From: an uncultured Chlamydiae bacterium
GTDB lineage: Bacteria > Chlamydiota > Chlamydiia > Chlamydiales > JAJFMB01
DNA length: 64,000 nucleotides
Reading direction: 5' to 3'
Assembly: GCA_963696295.1 (NCBI GenBank)
Contig: CAVOJR010000001.1
Span: 960,001-1,024,000 of the forward strand
The notes under the pieces were generated by a model. That model was not told the DNA's origin, ran no database searches, and saw nothing but the letters and a program-made list of their open reading frames with translations. The position numbers and the translations under genes were made by a program. Shown here piece after piece: positions 52,574-62,300 of the stretch; the first letter of the stretch is position 1; the number at the start of each line of letters is the position of its first letter.

Positions 52574-53275
52574 ATGGAATATTCGGTTGTCATTCCGTTA
52601 AAAGATGAAGAAGAAAACATTGAACCTCTGATTGAAGAGCTGGAAAGCGCCATGCAGAAAGTGACAACCTCATGGGAGCTGATTTGCGTCGATGACGGTT
52701 CGCAAGACAAGACCCTGCCCCTCCTGCAAAAAATGCAATTGACCAGGCCCCACCTCAAAATCGTCGCCTTCGACCGCAATTACGGTCAATCGAGCGCCTT
52801 CGATATCGGCTTCAAAACCTCGCGCGGCGAGTATATCATCACCCTCGACGGGGATAGGCAAAACGACCCCTCCGACATCCCTAAGCTGATTGCGGCCAAA
52901 GGGACTTACGACCTGGTCTGCGGAAGAAGGCTCAAGCGGCAGGATTCTCTCTTAAAAAAGTTTCTCTCCTTTATCGCCAACCACGTGCGCAGCCGTTTGT
53001 GCGGCGACGGGATTATGGACACGGGGTGTTCGCTCAAAATCTACCGGGCGGAATGTTTGAGGCAAGTGAAGCTCTTTCACGGCATGCACCGCTTTTTGCC
53101 CGCCCTCTTTCTGATCGAAGGCTACAGCGTGAAAGAGGTCCCTGTGAACCATCGCAAACGGGAGAAAGGGCACACCAAGTACAACTTTTTCAACCGCTCT
53201 TTAAACACAATCGCCGACATGTTCGCCGTCCGCTGGATGCGCAAGCGACGGCTGCAATATAAGGTAAAAGGATGA
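52574..53275 (+). CDS. GT2 polyprenol-phosphate glycosyltransferase (DPM1-like)
   Basis: VIPLKDEE, VDDGS, NYGQS, LDGDRQNDP, DTGCSLK and MHRFLP motifs. Confidence 0.9.
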   Translation: MEYSVVIPLKDEEENIEPLIEELESAMQKVTTSWELICVDDGSQDKTLPLLQKMQLTRPHLKIVAFDRNYGQSSAFDIGFKTSRGEYIITLDGDRQNDPSDIPKLIAAKGTYDLVCGRRLKRQDSLLKKFLSFIANHVRSRLCGDGIMDTGCSLKIYRAECLRQVKLFHGMHRFLPALFLIEGYSVKEVPVNHRKREKGHTKYNFFNRSLNTIADMFAVRWMRKRRLQYKVKG

Positions 53276-53949
53276 TTGAACACTGGCGCGAAATTCTCTA
53301 CCCTTTGGGCTACATAGCCAACCTGACTTTTGGCGTGCGCTTTTTCTGGCAATGGATTTCCAGCGAAATAGAGAAAAAAAGCCTTGCCGGCCAGCCGTTC
53401 TGGCGCCTTTCGATGATTGGCAATTTTCTGTTATGCCTCCACGCCCTGATCCAGACGCAATACCACGTCTGCCTCATTCAGGCCGGCAACGCGATCATCT
53501 CCTGGCGAAATCTCGATCTATTTAAAAGCAGCGAAAGGCAGGTAAAACGGCGCACGGTCTACCTTTATCTTTTGGGCGCCTCTTTCTCCATTACAGCCTT
53601 ATTTTTCCTCCAAAGCATCCTCACAAACGATTTTGACTGGTTTCGCGTTCCCGCTAACGCCTGGAAGCACACCGCCGAGCTGCCCTCCATCTGGCACCTG
53701 ATCGGATTTCTCGCCGTCATCCTATTCTCGAGCCGTTTCTGGGTGCAGTGGTGGTTGAATGAAAAGCATAAAACGAGTCAATTGAGCCTCCCCTTCTGGT
53801 GGCTCACCTTTGCCGGCAACGTCGCCTGCCTCATCTATTTTTACAGGATCGGCGATCCGGCCAATTTCATCGGACCCGCTTTTAACTTTATTCCCACCAT
53901 ACGAAACCTCATGTTAATTTACCGACATCAGAAACCGGCGGAAACATGA
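53272..53949 (+). CDS. Lipid A biosynthesis N-terminal (LAB_N) double-domain membrane protein
   Basis: Two F(G/S)xRFxxQWxxxE...PFW repeats; overlaps the lpxB start. Confidence 0.8.
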   Translation: MIEHWREILYPLGYIANLTFGVRFFWQWISSEIEKKSLAGQPFWRLSMIGNFLLCLHALIQTQYHVCLIQAGNAIISWRNLDLFKSSERQVKRRTVYLYLLGASFSITALFFLQSILTNDFDWFRVPANAWKHTAELPSIWHLIGFLAVILFSSRFWVQWWLNEKHKTSQLSLPFWWLTFAGNVACLIYFYRIGDPANFIGPAFNFIPTIRNLMLIYRHQKPAET

Positions 53950-55097
53950 CCAAGCTCTTTATCTTTGCCGGTGAAAAAAGCGGCGACCTGCACGGCTACC
54001 ACCTCATCCAATCGCTGAACCGGCACATGCCGGGGTGTGCGATCACAAGCGTCGCCGGACCTGAGATGCGCAGCCTGAACACCGCTGTCGCCATGCCCAT
54101 GGAAGAGTTTGAAGTGATGGGCTTTTCCGACGTCATTTGCTCATTTCGCAAAATCATCAGACAGTTTCGTCAAATCCGCGACACCATTCTCGCTTCCAAT
54201 CCGGACGCCGTGATCTTCATCGATTATCCCGGATTCAATCTGCGCATGGCCAAACATTTGCGAAAAAGGGGCTACAAAGGGAAGCTGATCCAATACATAG
54301 CCCCAACCTTTTGGGCCTGGGGGCGCTCCCGCGTCCGCCATATGATACAGACTCTCGATCTCCTGCTGACCATCTACCCCTTCGAGAACAAAACCTTTGA
54401 AAACACCCCATTGAACGTCAAATACGTCGGCAATCCCGTGCAGGAGAGCATCCGCCACCACCGCTACCATGAGCAGTGGGCGGAAATTTTAGGCATCCGC
54501 GATACAAAAAATCTGATCGCCCTGTTTCCTGGCAGCCGCCGCTCCGAAGTGCGGCGCAACTTGCCCCTGCAGCTGCAGGCGGCCGCGCTCTACAAGAAAG
54601 AAAATCCGGACGCCTGTTTCGCCATCTCTTGCGCCCATCCCGAAATCATGCCCATGATGCAAGAAATCCTCGAAACCAATCCGCTGCATCTCAATGAAGA
54701 CCTCTATTTCGTGCCCAAGCGCTTTGCCTATGAGCTAATGAGGGACTGCCAAAGCGCGATAGCCAAGTCGGGCACGGTCACGCTGGAGCTCGCCCTCCAC
54801 AAATGCCCAACCGTGGTGATGTATGAGGTCTCCTCACTTAACTACTTCATAGTCAAGTATCTCTTGCGCCTCAAACTGCCCCATTTTTGCATGGCGAACA
54901 TCCTCTATGGCAAGGAGGTTTTCCCCGAACTGATCAAAGGGGGCAGCTCGCCGCAAAAGCTCTACCAAAGCCTTACAAAACTCAACAAAAACCGCGAGCC
55001 GTGCATTTCAGCCTGCCATGAGATCGACCATCTGCTGCAAAACCATAACACCAGCGAAGAAGCCGCCCTGGCCATCAAAACTCTGCTTGCCAAATAA
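53946..55097 (+). CDS. lpxB: Lipid-A-disaccharide synthase
   Basis: AGEKSGD, IDYPGFN, FPGSRRSE and KSGTVTLE motifs. Confidence 0.95.
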   Translation: MTKLFIFAGEKSGDLHGYHLIQSLNRHMPGCAITSVAGPEMRSLNTAVAMPMEEFEVMGFSDVICSFRKIIRQFRQIRDTILASNPDAVIFIDYPGFNLRMAKHLRKRGYKGKLIQYIAPTFWAWGRSRVRHMIQTLDLLLTIYPFENKTFENTPLNVKYVGNPVQESIRHHRYHEQWAEILGIRDTKNLIALFPGSRRSEVRRNLPLQLQAAALYKKENPDACFAISCAHPEIMPMMQEILETNPLHLNEDLYFVPKRFAYELMRDCQSAIAKSGTVTLELALHKCPTVVMYEVSSLNYFIVKYLLRLKLPHFCMANILYGKEVFPELIKGGSSPQKLYQSLTKLNKNREPCISACHEIDHLLQNHNTSEEAALAIKTLLAK

Positions 55098-55145
55098 AAT
55101 TCCTATCGAGTAAAAGAATTTTTTTACTCACGCATAGGTGTACTT

Positions 55146-55913
55146 ATGAATTTGAAAGGAAAAACAGCGATTGTGACCGGAGGCAACAGCGGCATCGGCG
55201 CTGCCATCGTGCTGGAACTTGCGCGTCAAGGAGCGAACATCGTCATCGACTACATCTCCCACCCCGAGGCGACAGACGCTTTGGAAAAACAGGTGGCCAA
55301 GCTCGGCGACCAGGCCATCGGCGTTGATGCCGATGTCAGCAAAATAGCTGATTTGCAAAAGCTGGTCGACAGCGCTGTGAAAAAGTTCGGCAAATTGGAT
55401 GTGATGATCAACAATGCCGGCGTTGAAACCAGAACCTCCATTCTCGATACGACCGAAGCCCAATATGAGAAAGTGCTCGCCATCAATTTGAAAAGCGCTT
55501 TTTTTGGCACGCAAATCGCTGCCAAGCAAATGATCAAACAGGGCAAAGGGGGCAGGATCATCAACATCTCCTCCGTGCATGAAGATTGGCCGATGCCAGG
55601 CAATATCCCCTACTGCATCTCCAAAGGGGGAATCCGGATGCTCACCCGCACCGCCGGCGTGGAGCTCGGGCCTCACAATGTGCTCGTCGTGGGCGTGGGC
55701 CCCGGCGCTGTAGCCACCCCAATCAATATTAAGACCATGAAAGATCCCGCCCTCATGAAAAAACTCGACGCCGCCATCCCGTTAGGAAGAATGGCGAAGC
55801 CGGAAGAGATCGCAAGCGTAGTCGCCTTCCTGTCCAGCGACGGTGCCTCCTATATCACTGGGGCCACCTACTTTGTCGACGGAGGCATGATGATCCAAAG
55901 CCCAGGACTTTAA
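55146..55913 (+). CDS. SDR oxidoreductase (glucose 1-dehydrogenase-like)
   Basis: TGGNSGIG, NNAG, SSVHE, YCISK and TPIN motifs. Confidence 0.88.
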   Translation: MNLKGKTAIVTGGNSGIGAAIVLELARQGANIVIDYISHPEATDALEKQVAKLGDQAIGVDADVSKIADLQKLVDSAVKKFGKLDVMINNAGVETRTSILDTTEAQYEKVLAINLKSAFFGTQIAAKQMIKQGKGGRIINISSVHEDWPMPGNIPYCISKGGIRMLTRTAGVELGPHNVLVVGVGPGAVATPINIKTMKDPALMKKLDAAIPLGRMAKPEEIASVVAFLSSDGASYITGATYFVDGGMMIQSPGL

Positions 55914-55915
55914 AC

Positions 55916-57463
55916 ATGAATTACGATCTCATTATAATTGGAAGCGGAGCCGGAGGAGGAACTTTAGCCCATCACCTCGCGCCTACAGGAAAAAAAATCC
56001 TTCTCCTTGAGAGAGGCGATTGGCTGAAGCGGGAAGCCAAGAACTGGGACGTCAAAGCCGTTTTCGTCGATAACCGCTATATCTCCCAAGAAACCTGGTA
56101 CGATAAAGATGGGAAAGCGTTCCAGCCTCAAGTCCACTATTATGTCGGCGGTGCGACAAAGATGTATGGAGCAGCGCTTTACCGAATGAGAAAAGAGGAC
56201 TTTGGCGAGTTGAAACACTATGACGGAATCTCTCCTGCCTGGCCTATACCCTACGAAGAGTTTGAGCCCTATTACACCAAAGCCGAGCAGCTCTATCAGG
56301 TGCATGGGTTGCGGGGAGCCGATCCGACCGAGCCCAAAGCGAGCGCTCCCTACCCTCGTCCCCCTGTTTCCAATGAACCGCGCATACAAAAACTCTATGA
56401 CGATTTGAAAGCGGCCGGCTACCATCCCTTTCCCGCCCCCTGCGGCGTCATGATCAATGAAAAAGACATGGCCTACAGCCCCTGCGTCCGCTGCCGCACC
56501 TGCGACGGCTTTCCCTGCCTCGTCCGGGCGAAATCGGACGCCGAAGAGATCGCGGTCAGGCCCGCCCTCACACACCCCAACGTCACCCTGCTCAGAAACG
56601 CCCAAGTTCTAAAATTAAACACCAACAGTGCAGGCACCTCTGTCACCGAAGTCCAGGCCCTCGTAGATGGAAAACAGGAAACCTTTAAAGGGAACGTCGT
56701 CGTCGTCTCTTGCGGCGCGGCCAATACCGCCAAGCTATTGCTCATGTCCGCGAACAGCAAACATCCAAATGGGCTTGCCAACGGCTCCGACCAGGTCGGG
56801 CGCAACTACATGTTTCACAACAGCCAGGCCCTGCTCGCCATCTCCAAAGAGCCGAACCCCACCTTTTTCCAAAAGACCCTTGCCTTAAACGACTTTTACT
56901 TCGGCATGGAAGGCTTTCCCTACCCTATGGGCAACATTCAGATGATCGGCAAATCGCAAGGGGAAATGTTTAAAGGGGAAAAGCCGCTGGAAACCGCCCT
57001 CGTCCCGTTAGGCCTCCTCGACAAGATCGCCGATCACGCCGTCGACTTTTGGCTCTCCACGGAAGATTTGCCCGATCCGAACAACCGGGTCACCGTCGAC
57101 AAGGAGGGCAAGCTGACCCTCAACTACACCTTTAACAACCAGGTCCCGAAGCAAAAGCTCTATGAAAAGCTCAAATCGCTCCTCAACCACCTCGGCATGC
57201 ATCCGGGCTACCTGCTTCCCCGCAACGCCTACCTCAAGACCGACATACCGATCGCAGGCGTAGCGCACCAGGCTGGCACTTGCCGTTTCGGCAAAGACCC
57301 CAAATCATCCGTCCTTGACACCAACTGCAAGGCGCATGAACTCGACAACCTCTACGTCGTCGACACGAGCTTTTTCCCGAGCATCAGCGCTGTGAATCCC
57401 TCGCTCACGGCCATGGCCAACGCTATTCGCGTCGGCGACCACCTCAAAAAGGTCCTGGGATAA
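55916..57463 (+). CDS. GMC family flavoprotein oxidoreductase
   Basis: GSGAGG, VGGATKMYG, HQAGTCRFG and NPSLT motifs. Confidence 0.9.
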   Translation: MNYDLIIIGSGAGGGTLAHHLAPTGKKILLLERGDWLKREAKNWDVKAVFVDNRYISQETWYDKDGKAFQPQVHYYVGGATKMYGAALYRMRKEDFGELKHYDGISPAWPIPYEEFEPYYTKAEQLYQVHGLRGADPTEPKASAPYPRPPVSNEPRIQKLYDDLKAAGYHPFPAPCGVMINEKDMAYSPCVRCRTCDGFPCLVRAKSDAEEIAVRPALTHPNVTLLRNAQVLKLNTNSAGTSVTEVQALVDGKQETFKGNVVVVSCGAANTAKLLLMSANSKHPNGLANGSDQVGRNYMFHNSQALLAISKEPNPTFFQKTLALNDFYFGMEGFPYPMGNIQMIGKSQGEMFKGEKPLETALVPLGLLDKIADHAVDFWLSTEDLPDPNNRVTVDKEGKLTLNYTFNNQVPKQKLYEKLKSLLNHLGMHPGYLLPRNAYLKTDIPIAGVAHQAGTCRFGKDPKSSVLDTNCKAHELDNLYVVDTSFFPSISAVNPSLTAMANAIRVGDHLKKVLG

Positions 57464-58759
57464 TTAGAAGCCGATGCCCAAAGAAAGATTCACGCCATCG
57501 AAGCACAAATCACCGACGCTGCCGATGTGATTAAATCCGACATAGCGGTGATGCTCTACGCCCAACTGATGGATGAGGGTGATATCTCGGCATAGGGTTT
57601 GCTCCCATCTGACACCCAAGATAATATCGATAAATAATTGGCTGGCCTGTTCCCTTCTTTTTTCGCAGCATATGCATTTTTGATCAAGTTCTGTAAAGGT
57701 ATCGGCGCCATAGGATTTCAATTGGTGATTGCCATACAGCAATCCCAAATCAAAATTGCCAAAAAAGCTAAAACAGCGGCTTAACTTATAATCTGCGCCA
57801 ACTCCAACTAAAGGGCCCACAGCTTTGAAATTCGCCTTATCTTTGCGTTCCTTGGTAAATGAGAAGTTATCCGATACGCATTTCGACTCTATATTACAGA
57901 CCGAAAATATATTTTGCCGGATATACGCACCTCTTATTCCCCAGAAAGGACTGATATTCAGGCATGAATTTAAATGCAGCGCTCCGGTAAAAAGGGCATC
58001 GATGGTATCGTAGCGAAGTTTCCAATGGTCGCCGCACTCCTCTTTACATCCATGATGAGGGTATTGCTGATAATGTGTCCAAACCAAATCTCCCTGACAG
58101 TCTGAACAAATCGATTGGCAGCCCACGCCCAGGCGGCAACCCGCGCTCCAATGATGATTTTTCCATTCTGAACTGCAATCGCAATCGCTCTGACCGCCTT
58201 CCTCAAGAGCCCTCCAATAAAGAAACTCTCCTAAAAATTTCAGCCTGTATTGTCTTCTGGGTTTACAATCTCCGGAATTGACCAGCAATGGAAGCGCCAT
58301 TATGCGGTCCGCACAAATGTTCTGTCCCTCAGGAGCGACAGGAGGAGTGTATATGCAGCTTTCCTCTCCCAGGCATGAACCCTCCGCCTTAGAAGGGGCG
58401 TTTATGGGGCTCTCCTCACAGATCTCAGGAGCCTTAGAAGGGGCGCTTATGCGGCTTTCTTCGCAGATCCCAGGAGCCAGAGACACTATTATGCTTTCCT
58501 CACAAATGCTTGATTCCTCAGGAACCAGAGAAGCTATTAGGCTATTTTCCACACAAACGCATGCATCCTCAGGAGCCAGAGACACTACTATACTTTCCTC
58601 ACAAACGCCTGATACCTCAGGATTTAGAACCGAAATTATGCAGCGCTCCTCTTCCACAATATTTTGTTCGAAGGAAATCTCTGGTTCAGCAAAAACCTGC
58701 CCGCTCAATAAAAGGGTTAATAAAGCACTTAAACACTTTGATTTCAAAGAGATAAACAT
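57464..58759 (-). CDS. Cys-rich outer-membrane beta-barrel protein (Lpg1974/Legionella MOMP-like) with N-terminal repeats
   Basis: Signal peptide, GEFLYWRA, GCRLGVG, PFWGIRGAYI, GDLCFDG and terminal F; repeated EESxIxSxAP units. Confidence 0.7.
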   Translation of the reverse strand: MFISLKSKCLSALLTLLLSGQVFAEPEISFEQNIVEEERCIISVLNPEVSGVCEESIVVSLAPEDACVCVENSLIASLVPEESSICEESIIVSLAPGICEESRISAPSKAPEICEESPINAPSKAEGSCLGEESCIYTPPVAPEGQNICADRIMALPLLVNSGDCKPRRQYRLKFLGEFLYWRALEEGGQSDCDCSSEWKNHHWSAGCRLGVGCQSICSDCQGDLVWTHYQQYPHHGCKEECGDHWKLRYDTIDALFTGALHLNSCLNISPFWGIRGAYIRQNIFSVCNIESKCVSDNFSFTKERKDKANFKAVGPLVGVGADYKLSRCFSFFGNFDLGLLYGNHQLKSYGADTFTELDQKCICCEKRREQASQLFIDIILGVRWEQTLCRDITLIHQLGVEHHRYVGFNHIGSVGDLCFDGVNLSLGIGF

Positions 58760-59337
58760 AAACCAGTCCTTATAGTAAATTACATAGCCCATCAGGGTAG
58801 GCGTTTGACAGAGTATTAAAATTACATTTAATGGGCAAATAGTTTCTTCTCGCTCACCCCTTATGGAGCAATTAGGCAAAGCTCTATCTGACAGATTGGA
58901 TGTTGAAATTCTGATTGAGATAGAAAAACTAAAGGACCCGCGCCCTGAAATTGAAAAAAATTACACCTGTCATCCCAACAATACTCACTCTCTAGTATAA
59001 TTTTTCCATTCATTTCCTGACGCTGCTTGAAGTCCCGATTGAAATGATATTTCATTTTCCATCGGAATGAACAAAGTATCCTTTTTTGTAACGCGTGAAT
59101 AGCCGAAAAGAGAATAGAGTGAAAGGGTCATCCAACATAAGCAAGCATTATGCTGAGAATGATACAGACTATGTCTTCACATCACACATTAAGATTAGCC
59201 CGACTGAGCAATTGATGATCGGAAAAATTAACCCAATAAGAACTTTGATAATTCAAAAATTCAGGGGGTTCTATTACCCCCTGACCATACCATTTTTATA
59301 AATTAACCGAACAATTCTACAAAACCTTAATCTAATA

Positions 59338-62300
59338 TTATTGCAGTTGTAGAATATTGAAATATGCAGCAACGGGAGTGGGACCTGTTGCTCCCAATGC
59401 TCCTGTACCGCCGGAGCCCAAATTATTAATGCTCACCGTTGCACCAGTAGCACCCATAAAACAATAGGTTTGAGAATAAGCAAAGGGCTTAGATGGTAGA
59501 CCTATTATGCTATTATTTTGCAAAGCACCATTTATATAGACAGCATATCCATATGATTGATCATTATCATTTATCAATACTCCAAAATCGATCTCATAAA
59601 TGCCCGCAGTTGGTAATGTGAAAGAGTAATTAGTAAAACCCATCGAGCCTGTCACGATCGGTGATGAATCAAATGGAATTGCTGCCCCTGGATTTACCAA
59701 TTGGTTACTGGATACCAGGTTTACAAACCCACTAGAAAGTAAACCACCAGTTCCCGGAGAACCTGTGGCTCCGTCAACGCCTGTAGCTCCGTTAGAACCA
59801 GTTGCACCATCAGAACCTGTAGCTCCGTTAGAACCAGTTGCACCATCAGAACCTGTCGCTCCACCAGCTCCGGTAGCACCCGCAGCACCCGTGGCTCCAT
59901 CATTACCTGTAGCGCCCGCAGAGCCTGTGGCTCCACCAGCTCCGGTAGCACCCGCAGCACCCGTGGCTCCACCAGCTCCAGTAGCACCTGCGGCACCAGT
60001 TGCTCCGTCATTACCTGTAGCGCCCGCAGAGCCTGTAGCTCCACCAGCTCCAGTAGCACCTGCGGAACCTGTAGCACCTGCGGAACCTGTGGCTCCACCA
60101 GCCCCGGTAGCACCTGCGGAACCTGTAGCTCCGTCATTACCTGTAGCTCCTACAGCACCCGTAGCTCCTACAGCACCCGTTGCACCATCAGATCCTGTAG
60201 CTCCATTAGAACCCGTTGCACCATCAGATCCTGTGGCTCCGTTAGAACCAGTTGCACCATCAGATCCTGTAGCTCCATTAGAACCCGTTGCACCATTAGA
60301 TCCTGTAGCTCCATTAGAACCCGTTGCACCATTAGATCCTGTAGCTCCGTTAGAACCAGTTGCACCATCAGATCCTGTGGCTCCGTTAGAACCCGTTGCA
60401 CCATTAGATCCTGTAGCTCCATTAGAACCCGTTGCACCATTAGATCCTGTAGCTCCGTTAGAACCAGTTGCACCATCAGATCCTGTAGCTCCATTAGAAC
60501 CCGTTGCACCATTAGATCCTGTAGCTCCTACAGCACCCGTAGCTCCTACAGCACCCGTTGCACCATCAGATCCTGTAGCTCCGTTAGAACCAGTTGCACC
60601 ATTAGATCCTGAAGCTCCGTTAGAACCAGTTGCACCATTAGATCCTGTAGCTCCGTTAGAACCAGTTGCACCATCAGATCCTGTAGCTCCGTTAGAACCA
60701 GTTGCACCATTAGATCCTGTAGCTCCGTTAGAACCAGTTGCACCATCAGATCCTGTAGCTCCATTAGAACCCGTTGCACCATTAGATCCTGTAGCTCCTA
60801 CAGCACCCGTAGCTCCTACAGCACCCGTTGCACCATCAGATCCTGTAGCTCCGTTAGAACCAGTTGCACCATTAGATCCTGTAGCTCCGTTAGAACCAGT
60901 TGCACCATTAGATCCTGTGGCTCCGTTAGAACCAGTTGCACCATTAGATCCTGTAGCTCCGTTAGAACCAGTTGCACCATTAGATCCTGTGGCTCCGTTA
61001 GAACCAGTTGCACCATCAGATCCTGTAGCTCCATTAGAACCCGTTGCACCATTAGATCCTGTAGCTCCTACAGCACCCGTAGCTCCTACAGCACCCGTTG
61101 CACCATCAGATCCTGTAGCTCCATTAGAACCCGTTGCACCATTAGATCCTGTAGCTCCATTAGAACCCGTTGCACCATTAGATCCTGTAGCTCCATTAGA
61201 ACCCGTTGCACCATTAGATCCTGTGGCTCCGTTAGAACCAGTTGCACCATTAGATCCTGTAGCTCCTACAGCACCCGTTGCACCATCAGATCCTGTAGCT
61301 CCATTAGAACCAGTTGCACCATCAGATCCTGTGGCTCCGTTAGAACCAGTTGCACCATCAGATCCTGTAGCTCCATTAGAACCCGTTGCACCATTAGATC
61401 CTGTAGCTCCATTAGAACCCGTTGCACCATTAGATCCTGTAGCTCCATTAGATCCTGTAGCTCCGTTAGAACCAGTTGCACCATCAGATCCTGTGGCTCC
61501 GTTAGAACCCGTTGCACCATTAGATCCTGTAGCTCCATTAGAACCCGTTGCACCATTAGATCCTGTAGCTCCGTTAGAACCAGTTGCACCATCAGATCCT
61601 GTAGCTCCATTAGAACCAGTTGCACCATTAGATCCTGTAGCTCCGTTAGAACCAGTTGCACCATTAGATCCTGTAGCTCCGTTAGAACCAGTTGCACCAT
61701 TAGATCCTGTAGCTCCTACAGCACCCGTAGCTCCTACAGCACCCGTAGCTCCTACAGCACCCGTAGCTCCTACAGCACCCGTAGCTCCTACAGCACCCGT
61801 TGCACCATCAGATCCTGTAGCTCCGTTAGAACCAGTTGCACCATCAGATCCTGTAGCTCCATTAGAACCCGTTGCACCATTAGATCCTGTAGCTCCGTTA
61901 GAACCAGTTGCACCATTAGATCCTGTGGCTCCGTTAGAACCAGTTGCACCATTAGATCCTGTAGCTCCGTTAGAACCAGTTGCACCATTAGATCCTGTGG
62001 CTCCGTTAGAACCAGTTGCACCATCAGATCCTGTAGCTCCATTAGAACCCGTTGCACCATTAGATCCTGTAGCTCCTACAGCACCCGTAGCTCCTACAGC
62101 ACCCGTAGCACCATCAGATCCTGTGGCTCCGTTAGAACCAGTTGCACCATCAGATCCTGTGGCTCCGTTAGAACCCGTTGCACCATTAGATCCTGTAGCT
62201 CCTACAGCACCCGTAGCTCCTACAGCACCCGTAGCTCCTACAGCACCCGTAGCTCCTACAGCACCCGTAGCTCCTACAGCACCCGTAGCTCCTACAGCAC

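Noticed and set aside
55096..55130. AAATTCCTATCGA oriIS-like word after lpxB
   Set aside because: Short, no IS sequence nearby and the flanking genes are intact; likely chance, next to a weak hairpin.
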